Below, piece after piece: positions 50,530 to 59,000 of a DNA stretch of 64,000 nt. The stretch lies in the NCBI GenBank assembly GCA_963704725.1, contig OY969934.1, positions 3,232,001 through 3,296,000 of the forward strand. Direction: 5' to 3'. Under the pieces are notes generated by a model that made no database searches, was not told where the DNA came from, and saw only the letters and a program-made list of their open reading frames with translations. This DNA comes from an uncultured Actinomycetes bacterium. Lineage in GTDB: Bacteria > Actinomycetota > UBA4738 > HRBIN12. A program made the position numbers and the translations under genes. Numbering within the stretch: the first letter of the stretch is position 1; the number at the start of each line of letters is the position of its first letter.

Positions 50530-51275
50530 GCGAGCCGCTTGCGCAACTTCCAGATGCTCTCCGCGGGGAACCGGCGCGCCCACGCCAGCGGCGCGTACCA
50601 GGGATACGTCGTCGTCGCGTCGGGACGGGGGCGAGGCTCCACGAGGTCCTCGACCTCGAGGCCGTTCGAGCGGAAGAGCCGGATCCACTCGCCGTACGGC
50701 AGCATGAAGTCGACCGTCTCCTGGTCCCACTTGCGGATCCCGAAGTAGTCGCGGGCCAGACGATCGCCGACCCGGTCCCGCGCGTCGTCCCAGCACACGA
50801 AGTGGAACGGGGAGGCGTGGCCGAACGCGAACAACCCCCCCGGCCGCAGCACGCGGGCCACCTCAGGGACGGTGCGGAAGGGGTCGGCGAAGGTCATCGC
50901 CCCGTGATCGCACATCACCACGTCGAAGCTCGCGTCCGCGAACGGGGTGCGCTCGGCGTCGGCGTTCACGAGCCGGACCCCGCCGCGCGTCCGCGAGGCC
51001 GCGTGGCGGATCTGGTTCAGGGAGACGTCGAGCCCGACGGGCCGAGCGCCCATCGCGGCGAGCCACCCGGACCACTGCCCGCCCCCGCATCCGAACTCCA
51101 GGACGTCCAGGCCCCGGACGTCGCCGAGCACGCGCAGGCGCGACTCGGGGATCGCCCAGACGCCCCAGACCGGCGTGCGGGACCCGAGCTGGGCGTCGTG
51201 CTCGCGCTGGTACCGCGCGCTCTCGGCCTCCCAGTAGCGCCGGTTCTTCCGGACGTGCCGCGACGTCGCGGTCAC
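50526..51275 (-). CDS. Class I SAM-dependent methyltransferase
   Basis: VLEFGCGGG, DAE..PF.DASFD, RVLRPGG. Confidence 0.9.
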   Translation of the reverse strand: MTATSRHVRKNRRYWEAESARYQREHDAQLGSRTPVWGVWAIPESRLRVLGDVRGLDVLEFGCGGGQWSGWLAAMGARPVGLDVSLNQIRHAASRTRGGVRLVNADAERTPFADASFDVVMCDHGAMTFADPFRTVPEVARVLRPGGLFAFGHASPFHFVCWDDARDRVGDRLARDYFGIRKWDQETVDFMLPYGEWIRLFRSNGLEVEDLVEPRPRPDATTTYPWYAPLAWARRFPAESIWKLRKRLA

Positions 51276-52516
51276 CGGGCGTCGAGCCATCCGCCGCTCC
51301 GTCCGTGGCGGGCGGCCACGAGTCCGGCCGCGATCGACATCGCGATCTCCTCGGGACGCCGGCCGCCGAGATCGAGCCCCACCGGCGAGCGGATCCGTCC
51401 GATCGCGGCGGCGTCGACGCCCATCGCCCGCAGCTCGTCGAGATAGGGACCCACGTGGCCCCGGCTCCCCATCACGCCGACGAATCGCGCCGGCGAGCGG
51501 AGCGCCTCGGCCAGCAGCCCGGCGATGCCCGGAGCGTCGTGATCCGTGAATACGACGTCGGTGCGCTCGTCGAGCGAGGCCTCATCCATCGTGAAGGCGA
51601 CGGCTCCGGGCTGCGTCCGGTCCTCGGCCGTCACGCGCTCGGGCCGCGTCTCGACCAGGACGGTCTCGTCGCCCAGACGCGCCGCGTGGCGACGGAGCTC
51701 GCGAGCGACGTCCGTCGCGGAGACCACCACGAGCCGGGAAGACACGGGTGGCGGTTCGAAGAACACGACGACGTCGCCGTGCTCGTGGTGGTAGCGGCGG
51801 GTCTGCGGCGTTCCCGAGCGGGCGATCTCGGCCGCGTCCCGGGCCGCAGCCTCGTCGAACTCCGCACAGCCCAGCGTGCCGTGGACCTCGCCGCCCGGCA
51901 CGATCCGCATCGCGTTGCCGACACGGCACGGCGGAGACCCCTCCACCTCGACCGCGCGCACGTCGACCCATGCCCTGGCCTCGGCGGCCGGCGCCGGCGC
52001 GGCGGGAACCCCGTGACCCGGCGGATGCGCCCCCGCTCGGCCCCCGAGGAGCTCGACGGCGTGGGGAAGGACCGGCAGCGCGGCCTCGAGGCTCTCGCGC
52101 ACGCCCTTCGGGCTGCCGGGGAGGTTCACGATCAGCGTGGAGCCCCGGCTGCCCACGACCGCCCGCGACAACGCGGCCAGCGGCGTGTGGTCGAACCCGG
52201 CGCGGCGCATCAGCTCGGCCAGGCCGGGCGCCTCGCGGTCGATCACGGCTCGCGTGGCTTCGGGAGTCACGTCCCGGGGGCCGAACCCCGTCCCACCCGT
52301 CGTGACCACGAGCCCCAGGGCCCGCTCGTCGGCCAGCGTGCGAAGGAGCGCCTCGATCTGGTCCCGCTCGTCCGGCACGACCGCGCGCTCGGCGACCTCG
52401 ATGCCGGCGTCGGCGAGCATCCGGGCCGCGAGGTCGCCCGACTCGTCGAGGCGCACGCCGTGCGTCACCCCATCCGAAACCGTGATCACGGCGGCGGCCG
52501 ACCGGGAGCGGTCCAT
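51272..52516 (-). CDS. MogA/MoaB molybdopterin adenylyltransferase fused to XdhC/CoxI-like domains
   Basis: N-part TVSD, TTGGTG.GPRDVTPEA, NLPGSPKG; C-part GSPPC..G..M...GEVHGTLG, FVGVMGSR, RSPVGLDLGG..PEEIA.SI. Confidence 0.85.
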   Translation of the reverse strand: MDRSRSAAAVITVSDGVTHGVRLDESGDLAARMLADAGIEVAERAVVPDERDQIEALLRTLADERALGLVVTTGGTGFGPRDVTPEATRAVIDREAPGLAELMRRAGFDHTPLAALSRAVVGSRGSTLIVNLPGSPKGVRESLEAALPVLPHAVELLGGRAGAHPPGHGVPAAPAPAAEARAWVDVRAVEVEGSPPCRVGNAMRIVPGGEVHGTLGCAEFDEAAARDAAEIARSGTPQTRRYHHEHGDVVVFFEPPPVSSRLVVVSATDVARELRRHAARLGDETVLVETRPERVTAEDRTQPGAVAFTMDEASLDERTDVVFTDHDAPGIAGLLAEALRSPARFVGVMGSRGHVGPYLDELRAMGVDAAAIGRIRSPVGLDLGGRRPEEIAMSIAAGLVAARHGRSGGWLDAR

Positions 52517-52555
52517 CGGCGTCATCCTAGCCAGCGAGGCGCAACCGGCGGGACG

Positions 52556-53788
52556 TCACGCCCCCCACACGCCGAGCTGGCGCGCGGTGAGCACCCGAGC
52601 GCGCCCCAGGGGCGCGAACGCCCACGCCTTGAGGAGCGCGAGACCGCCGCCCCCGAGCGCCAAGCCCGCGCCCACCGCCCCCATCGTTCCGCCGAACCAT
52701 CCGGCCCCCGACATCGCGAGCAGCGCGACCCCGGAGTTCAGCGCCAGGACCTGGATGGCTCCGCCGAACTCGATCCCGGCGAGCTGCCGGCGCCGGTCGT
52801 CGGGGTGGCCGGGGCGAGCCATGGGGAGCAGGTACTGCCACGCGCCGAGGAGGGTCTGGATCACCCACCCCCCCACGAAGATCGCGAGGTAGGGGTCCCG
52901 GAAGCGCGCGAACGAGACGGGCCCACCCGCCAGGACGAACGGCAGGAGGACCGACCCCAGGACGAACCAGCACAGCGCCAGCAGGAGATGCTTGGCGGCC
53001 ACCGGCACGGGCCACCGTCGTTGCGTCCGCACCGCCGAGGCCGCCATCCAGGCCAGGCCGAGGGCACCGATCGCGTACGCGGCACCCCCCGCGGTGGCGA
53101 GCGGCGTGGAGCGGACGGCGAGGCCGGCCGCGACGGCCACGACGCCGGCCGACAGGCCCACCCCGGTCGCGGCGCCGTGCCAGGTGGGCATCCGGATCCG
53201 CAGGACCGTGGGCAGCAGCGTCACGAGCGTCCCGCCGATCGTGAGCGACGCCCATCCCAGGACGTTCATCGAGAGGTGTGCCGCTCGAAGTGCGACCCAC
53301 GTCTCCCCGTCGTGCACGGCTCCGCTTCCGATCAGGGCGCCGATCGTGCCTCCGGCCAGCACCGCCGTCACCGCCGCGAGGTACATGACGATCGGCAGTC
53401 GGTGTCTCAGGTTCAACCCCACCCGCCGGGCGCGCACGACGAACCACCCGAGGACGAACGCCGCGGCGACGAAGCACGCTCCCCCCACGGCGACGAGCGC
53501 GGGATGGCCGGACGGGTACCCGGCCGCCACGAGCCCGGCGCCGAGGTTCACCGCGGCGAACTGCCCGAACACGAGCCGGCGATCGGGCGCGGGCGCCGAC
53601 GTGAGCGTCAGGGCGAAGTTCTGCATCGCGCCGGAGATCGCGACGGAGACCGCTCCCGCCAGCGCCAGGTGCAGGGGGAGCCAGATCCCCCGGCGGTCGG
53701 CCTCGGGGAGCAGCAGCGACAGGGCCGCCGCCGAGAGCCAGATCCGCGCCGCCGTCTGATACCACCGGATCGTGGTGCGCGCGTCCAT
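52556..53788 (-). CDS. Multi-pass membrane protein, NnrS-like / resembling the membrane region of actinobacterial Cu nitrite reductase fusions
   Basis: About 12 TM helices, WLPLHL..AG, AHL..NVLGW, GW..QTLLGAW..LLP. Confidence 0.65.
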   Translation of the reverse strand: MDARTTIRWYQTAARIWLSAAALSLLLPEADRRGIWLPLHLALAGAVSVAISGAMQNFALTLTSAPAPDRRLVFGQFAAVNLGAGLVAAGYPSGHPALVAVGGACFVAAAFVLGWFVVRARRVGLNLRHRLPIVMYLAAVTAVLAGGTIGALIGSGAVHDGETWVALRAAHLSMNVLGWASLTIGGTLVTLLPTVLRIRMPTWHGAATGVGLSAGVVAVAAGLAVRSTPLATAGGAAYAIGALGLAWMAASAVRTQRRWPVPVAAKHLLLALCWFVLGSVLLPFVLAGGPVSFARFRDPYLAIFVGGWVIQTLLGAWQYLLPMARPGHPDDRRRQLAGIEFGGAIQVLALNSGVALLAMSGAGWFGGTMGAVGAGLALGGGGLALLKAWAFAPLGRARVLTARQLGVWGA

Positions 53789-53866
53789 CTCGGCAGCCTA
53801 GGCGTCTCGCCGCGAGGGCGCCGGGGGGCACCGCCGTAAACGCGGGGCGGGGTAGGCTGGAGGTTC

Positions 53867-54895
53867 ATGGCCGATCCCTGGGAGCCGCCGACCTCGCCGC
53901 CTCCTCCCGGAGGTCCGCTGGTGGACACGTTCGGCCGCGTGGCCGACGACCTGCGGATCTCGGTCACCGACCGGTGCAACTTCCGGTGCACGTACTGCAT
54001 GCCGGCCGAGGGCCTGGCCTGGTTGCCGAAGCGGGAGATCCTGACCTTCGAGGAGCTGACCCGCCTCCTCGGCCTGTTCGTCCGGCTCGGCGTGCGCTCG
54101 GTCAAGGTCACGGGCGGTGAGCCGACCGTCCGAGCCGACCTCCCCGAGCTGATCCGGATGTTCCGAGGGGTCGCTCCACACATCGACCTGTCGATGACCA
54201 CGAACGGGGTCCTCCTCGACCGCCTGGCGGCTCCGCTCGCGCGGGCCGGGCTCGACCGGGTGACGGTGTCCCTGGACTCGCTGCTGCGGCACCGGTTCGA
54301 GGAGATGACCCGGCGCGACGCGCTCGATCGCGTGCTCGCCGGCATCCGCGCGGCCGAGGACGCCGGGCTGACCCCCGTCAAGATCAACTGCGTGGTGATC
54401 GGCGGGACGAACGACGGCGAGGTGGTGGACTTCGCGGCCTGGTCCCGGCAGCACGGCCACCCGGTCCGATTCATCGAGTACATGCCGCTCGACGCGGAGC
54501 ACGCATGGGAGCGGGCCAAGGTCGTTCCGTCGTCACGGATCCTCGAGGCGATCGACGCGGTCTTCCCGCTCGCCTCCCAGGGACCCGATCACGAGCCCGC
54601 GACGAGCTTCCGGTTCGCTGACGGCGCCCCCGGTGGGATCGGGGTCATCGCCAGCGTCACCGAGCCGTTCTGCGAGACCTGCAACCGGTTGCGCATCACG
54701 GCGGAGGGTGAGGTGCGCGCGTGCCTGTTCGCGCTCGAGGAGACGGATCTTCGCGGCCCGCTCCGCGCCGGTGCCTCCGACGACGACCTCGAGTCGCTGA
54801 TCCGCGCGAACGTGTGGCGCAAGTGGTCCGGGCATCGCATCAACCACCCGGACTTCGTCCAGCCCGAGCGATCGATGTCCGCGATCGGCGGCTGA
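53867..54895 (+). CDS. moaA: GTP 3',8-cyclase MoaA
   Basis: LRISVTDRCNFRCTYCMP, TGGEP, RFIEYMP, FCETCNRLR....CLF, C-terminal MSAIGG. Confidence 0.97.
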   Translation: MADPWEPPTSPPPPGGPLVDTFGRVADDLRISVTDRCNFRCTYCMPAEGLAWLPKREILTFEELTRLLGLFVRLGVRSVKVTGGEPTVRADLPELIRMFRGVAPHIDLSMTTNGVLLDRLAAPLARAGLDRVTVSLDSLLRHRFEEMTRRDALDRVLAGIRAAEDAGLTPVKINCVVIGGTNDGEVVDFAAWSRQHGHPVRFIEYMPLDAEHAWERAKVVPSSRILEAIDAVFPLASQGPDHEPATSFRFADGAPGGIGVIASVTEPFCETCNRLRITAEGEVRACLFALEETDLRGPLRAGASDDDLESLIRANVWRKWSGHRINHPDFVQPERSMSAIGG

Positions 54896-54922
54896 GGGTC
54901 TCGGCCCGACCCGATCCGGCCG

Positions 54923-55642
54923 CTACCGATCGCCGACGCCGGCGAGCCGAGCGAGCTCCGCGATCTTCGTGAGAACGTAGCGGCGGCCGCTCCGCTCCAC
55001 GAACCCGCGACGCTGGAGGTCGGAGAGGATCCGCGTCACGTTCTCGCGGCTGCCCCCGCACAGGCTCGCCAGGTCGGCGTGGGTGACGACCGAGGGAACC
55101 ATGGCGCCGTCGTCGGGAAGCTCGTCGAGCGACGGGGTGACGAGCTGCAGGAGGCGCTTGGCCACGCGGCCCTTGAGGTCGAGGTAGAGCAGATCCTCGA
55201 CGAACGCCTCCTGCGACTGCACCTGACGCGCCAGCGCGCGCAGGAGTGCCTGTGAGACCGCGGGCTCCTCTGACAGGAAGTCCAGGAACACGGATGAGGA
55301 GACGACCCAGACCTGCGACTCCTCGAGCGCGAGCGCGGAGGCCGTGCGCATCATGCGGCCGAGGGCGCCGAGCTCCCCGAAGAACTGCGGCCGATCGAGC
55401 GTCGTGTGCAGCTGGCGGTGCCCTCCGGCGGACAGCGAGCTGATCTCGATGCGGCCCTCGACCACGAAGAACACCGCGGGCGAATCGTCGCCCTGATGGA
55501 ACAGATAGGTGCTGCGGCGGTACCGGCGCGTCGTCCCACGCTCGGCCAGTCGCGCGATCGTCCCCGGCGCCGCGCCCTCGAACAGCGGCGTCCGGGACAT
55601 CGCCTCCACGAGGGGTCCCGCCACGGGGGCCCGGCTCACCAT
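54923..55642 (-). CDS. Crp/Fnr-family regulator (cAMP-receptor type)
   Basis: LFHQGD, FFGELGAL...RTASA (phosphate-binding cassette), GRVAK.L, THADLASLCGGSRENVTR HTH; -10 TACGCT 7 nt before ATG. Confidence 0.9.
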   Translation of the reverse strand: MVSRAPVAGPLVEAMSRTPLFEGAAPGTIARLAERGTTRRYRRSTYLFHQGDDSPAVFFVVEGRIEISSLSAGGHRQLHTTLDRPQFFGELGALGRMMRTASALALEESQVWVVSSSVFLDFLSEEPAVSQALLRALARQVQSQEAFVEDLLYLDLKGRVAKRLLQLVTPSLDELPDDGAMVPSVVTHADLASLCGGSRENVTRILSDLQRRGFVERSGRRYVLTKIAELARLAGVGDR

Positions 55643-55685
55643 CGCTCGAAGCGTAGTCAATGCTCTCGGCCCCGGATAGTCCGCA

Positions 55686-55725
55686 GACGCCGCGGGCCCG
55701 GATCCTAGGACCCGGGCCCGGCGTC
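55686..55725. terminator. Long GC-rich hairpin downstream of the small peptide gene
   Basis: gacgccgcgggcccggatcc-ta-ggacccgggcccggcgtc imperfect inverted repeat. Confidence 0.6.
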
Positions 55726-55745
55726 GGGGTATCGGTTGTGGTGAC

Positions 55746-55865
55746 TCAGGCCTTCTTCATCTTCCTGAGTACCTTCTTCTTGGTCACCCGGGTCGCCGCC
55801 GCCTTCTTCGAGCTCTTCGCCGCCTTGGGGGCCGCGGCCTTCGGGGAGATCCGCTTCTCCGCCAC
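55746..55865 (-). CDS. 39-aa Lys/Ala-rich peptide MAEKRISPKAAAPKAAKSSKKAAATRVTKKKVLRKMKKA
   Basis: Strong RBS GGGAGGTG 5-6 nt before GTG, all Lys codons AAG, own candidate promoter and downstream hairpin; below the ORF-track cut-off. Confidence 0.8.
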   Translation of the reverse strand: MAEKRISPKAAAPKAAKSSKKAAATRVTKKKVLRKMKKA

Positions 55866-55939
55866 CGAAATCACCTCCCTCGTCCGATCCGGCGAGCAGG
55901 ACGTTCGCGCGGATCGTGCGCCCGGCGGCGGATCGAGGA

Positions 55940-55979
55940 TGTGACGTACGTCACGAACCGGAACGTGATGATCGTCACA
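55940..55979. promoter_or_regulatory. Two tandem CRP/GlxR boxes
   Basis: TGTGA-CGTACG-TCACG (55940-55955) and CGTGA-TGATCG-TCACA (55964-55979), each 9/10 to TGTGA-N6-TCACA. Confidence 0.8.
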
Positions 55980-55991
55980 TCCCGGGTCGGA

Positions 55992-56210
55992 TCACGACTC
56001 CGTGTCGAGCTCCGGCAGGTCGATCGGATCGGGCCGGGGCGTGCAGGCGCCGCAGTAGAGCGCGTCCTCCACGACGAGCGCGCGCATGACGTCCTTCGCG
56101 CGGTAGAGCTCCAGGACGTAGGGCATCGTCTCGACGTGGTCCTCGCAGATCGCCCGGCCACAGAAACGGCAGGTGCCGACGGCCGTCCTGCGGCAGTGCC
56201 AGCAATCCAT
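55992..56210 (-). CDS. Small Cys/His-rich zinc-finger protein (B-box-like)
   Basis: CWHC-x7-CRFC-x4-CEDH ... CGAC; RBS GGAGGG. Confidence 0.8.
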   Translation of the reverse strand: MDCWHCRRTAVGTCRFCGRAICEDHVETMPYVLELYRAKDVMRALVVEDALYCGACTPRPDPIDLPELDTES

Positions 56211-56243
56211 CGTCCCTCCCGCTCCCTCGGCCGCCCCGCGGCC

Positions 56244-58544
56244 CTAATGCTGCCAGGTCCGGTCGATCGCCGCGGCGGGGTTCAGCGTGCCCCTGCGGAA
56301 GGCCCCGGCCACCGCACGGCCGAACCCCTCCCGGTCCAGCCTGAACAGCCGCGCGGGCGTGCGGGCGACCACCGACGCCGTCCGCGGCACCCCGGCGAGC
56401 AGGGCGATCTCGCCGAAGTGCTCTCCCGGCCCCATCGTGCGCTCGAGCACGCCGCCTCGCACCACGTCGACGCGGCCCGACCCGATCGCGTAGAACGCGT
56501 CCCCCTCCTCCCCCTGCTCGATGATCGTCTCGCCGGGCGACACGTTCAGCCACGCCCCGCGCTCGAGCACCTCGGACAGATCGTCCTCGCCGAGCGCCCC
56601 GAAGGCGGGCAGGCGGCGAAGCTCGACCACGGCCTGCAGGGTCGGCGCGAACGCCGGGAGGCGCACGGTGTCGGCGAGGAGGCGATCGAACGTCCCCTCG
56701 GCAACCTCGAAGAGCTGGGCGTCGGTCACGGCTCGCACCGTGGCGCTCCGGGCCGCGGCGTCGACCAGCGCGAGCTCGCCGAACGACGCACCCCGGCCCA
56801 GGGACTGGAGCACGCGCTCCTTCCCGGAGTCGGGATCCTCCTCCACCACGTGCAGGACCCCCCGGCGCACGACGTAGAACGTCTCCGGGCGATCCCCCTG
56901 CCGGAACACCGACTTGCCCGCCGGGAAGCGCCGGAGGCGGACCCGGCCCGCGAGATCCGAGAGCACGTCCTCGGGCAGGTCCTCGAAGATCGGCAGGGCG
57001 TCGATGAGGGTTGCAGCCTCGACGCGCCACCTCGTCTGCATCCGGAACCGGATGCGCTCCACGGCCGCCCGAGCGCGACGCAGGAGAGACCGCACGAGCG
57101 AGATGGCGCCGCGGAGCACGGGCCCGGTGACGAACAACGCGAGCGCGACCAGCAGTGCCCGGCCCAGCGCCCCCCCTTGCCACAGCGCCCGGACGAGCCC
57201 GCCGAACACCTCGTCCCAGAAGATCACCGACCACCAGACCGAGACGATCGTGAAGGCCACCCCGAGCACGGCGTACAGCCCGAGGCCGGCCTCCTGTTTC
57301 GTGAGGTGCTCCCGGTGGCGGAGCTTGCGCCACAGGTCGTAGCGGAGGAACTGCAGCGAGCGAGGGCGCAGGTCGGGGACCTGGATAACGTCGGAAAGGA
57401 TCCAGTAGCCGTCGAGCTCGAGCATCGGCACGAGGTTCAGGAAGATCACGAAGTAGTTGAGAAGGGCGAACTTGTACAGCACGGGCGCGACGGGCGATCC
57501 GGGGAAGATCCAGACGAGCCCCGCGGCGATCCCGGCGATGATCAGCTCGACGTACGGCCCGGCGAACGACTGCACCATCCGCTGGCGCCGGTCGAGCATC
57601 AACCCGTCCGACGAATCGACGAAGAACGCGGGCGAGCCGAAGTAGATCATGAACCCCGCGCTCTTCACGCGGCGCCCGTAGTGCACCAGGACGACCGCGT
57701 GCCCCAGCTCGTGCATGAAGGTCAAGAAGTAGTTCATCCCGAGCAGGATCAGGGACTCCGCGACCGGCGAATCGCCCGAGAGCCCGAACCGGCCCGAGTG
57801 ATACACGGACCAGAACGCGAGCCCGCCGGCCACGGCGACGGTCAGAGCGGCCGCGCCCACAACCGGGATGAAGAACCATCGCAGGAGGTACCGGTGGAAC
57901 CACGACACCAGCCGGTGCGCCCCCTTCCATTCGATCGACAGAGTCCTGGCGAACGCCCGGGCGCGAGCCCGGGCCGCGGAGACGGGATCGATGGCCCGGC
58001 GCACGGCCGCGTCGACGTCCAGGAATGGCGTCGTCAGGAAGTTGCCGACGCGGAGCTGACGGACGAGGTCGGCGACCGCGGATAGGTCGAGGTCGCCCGA
58101 CCCGCGGAGGCGGTCGACGACGATCTCCGACACGGTTCGAGAACCGTCCATGAGCGGCAGAAGCTCGGTCTCTCCGGGCTCGAGCCGGTAGTGGACGAGA
58201 TCCCGGGGGTTCGCGATCATCGCGTAGTCGTTCCCCCACCGGAGGCGGAACGTCTTGACCTCGACGTCCGAGGCGAGCTGGGGACGGAAGGCCGCCGGGT
58301 CGAGCCGCTCGGCAAGCTCGTCCCACAGACCTCGCCCGTCCCGGTCCGTAACCGTTCCGGCCCCGAGTGCCGCCTCCACCCCTCGAGCCGGTCCCGCCGC
58401 CCCACCTTCAGTGGATCCGATCCCACGCTGAATCGACGCGTATGCGGAGGGGCGCGGTGCCCCTCGCCGCCTGGAGAGCACGAGGTTGCCGACGAACCCC
58501 CCCACGAGGACCGCGACCACCACGGCGAGCACCACGTCACGCAT
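56244..58544 (-). CDS. Membrane metalloprotease (M50/site-2 type) with N-terminal RRE/PqqD-like region and two C-terminal cNMP-binding domains
   Basis: LLPLMDGSRTVSEI...LVRQL...NFL winged-helix pattern; HELGH (57699-57713); AGP; NLVPMLELDGY; FGELAL...RSATVRA and FGEIAL...PRTASVVA cassettes. Confidence 0.85.
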   Translation of the reverse strand: MRDVVLAVVVAVLVGGFVGNLVLSRRRGAPRPSAYASIQRGIGSTEGGAAGPARGVEAALGAGTVTDRDGRGLWDELAERLDPAAFRPQLASDVEVKTFRLRWGNDYAMIANPRDLVHYRLEPGETELLPLMDGSRTVSEIVVDRLRGSGDLDLSAVADLVRQLRVGNFLTTPFLDVDAAVRRAIDPVSAARARARAFARTLSIEWKGAHRLVSWFHRYLLRWFFIPVVGAAALTVAVAGGLAFWSVYHSGRFGLSGDSPVAESLILLGMNYFLTFMHELGHAVVLVHYGRRVKSAGFMIYFGSPAFFVDSSDGLMLDRRQRMVQSFAGPYVELIIAGIAAGLVWIFPGSPVAPVLYKFALLNYFVIFLNLVPMLELDGYWILSDVIQVPDLRPRSLQFLRYDLWRKLRHREHLTKQEAGLGLYAVLGVAFTIVSVWWSVIFWDEVFGGLVRALWQGGALGRALLVALALFVTGPVLRGAISLVRSLLRRARAAVERIRFRMQTRWRVEAATLIDALPIFEDLPEDVLSDLAGRVRLRRFPAGKSVFRQGDRPETFYVVRRGVLHVVEEDPDSGKERVLQSLGRGASFGELALVDAAARSATVRAVTDAQLFEVAEGTFDRLLADTVRLPAFAPTLQAVVELRRLPAFGALGEDDLSEVLERGAWLNVSPGETIIEQGEEGDAFYAIGSGRVDVVRGGVLERTMGPGEHFGEIALLAGVPRTASVVARTPARLFRLDREGFGRAVAGAFRRGTLNPAAAIDRTWQH

Positions 58545-58580
58545 CGGCGCATCTTCGGCTCCGGGCCCCCCGGGGGCAAG

Positions 58581-58596
58581 GGTGACGGATGTCACC
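58581..58596. promoter_or_regulatory. CRP-like box GGTGA-CGGATG-TCACC
   Basis: GTGA-N6-TCAC palindrome about 45 nt upstream of the protease ATG, in a divergent intergenic region. Confidence 0.55.
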
Positions 58597-58678
58597 ACCG
58601 GTCCGTGCGTCCGGTCACCGAGATCGAACGGGCTCGACGCCTAGCCTGCGCCCAGACGTTGCATCGAGGAGGTGCGAG

Positions 58679-58849
58679 ATGCTGAGTGACGAGGTCGGGA
58701 GGTACAAGATCTCCGAGCGGGTCCGCGAGGGCGAGGCGGAGCGGCTGGCCCGCCGGACTCGCCGGGCTCATGCGGCCGACGAGCGGAGCCTGACTCGGCG
58801 GGTCGGTCGAGCCGCGATCGCCCTCGTCGCGTGGCCCATGCGGCACTGA
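58679..58849 (+). CDS. Small Arg-rich hypothetical protein (56 aa)
   Basis: RBS GAGGAGG; MLSDEVGRYKISERVREGEAERLARR... Confidence 0.65.
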   Translation: MLSDEVGRYKISERVREGEAERLARRTRRAHAADERSLTRRVGRAAIALVAWPMRH

Positions 58850-59000
58850 AGCGGCGGGATCGAATTCACGTCCCCGTCACATGAGCGTCGCGGGGACGCC
58901 ACGGGGCACGGCTAGCGTTCGGACCGCCAAGAGGCATGCGCCCCTCTGGAGCGGGGGGCCGGTCCGTCACCCGGCCCCCCGCGCCCCCCCTCCACCGAGC

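Noticed and set aside
54923-58544. CBASS/Pycsar-type anti-phage system because of the cNMP domains
   Set aside because: No cyclase or nucleotidyltransferase gene nearby, host-like codon usage, and Crp boxes point to regulation rather than defence.
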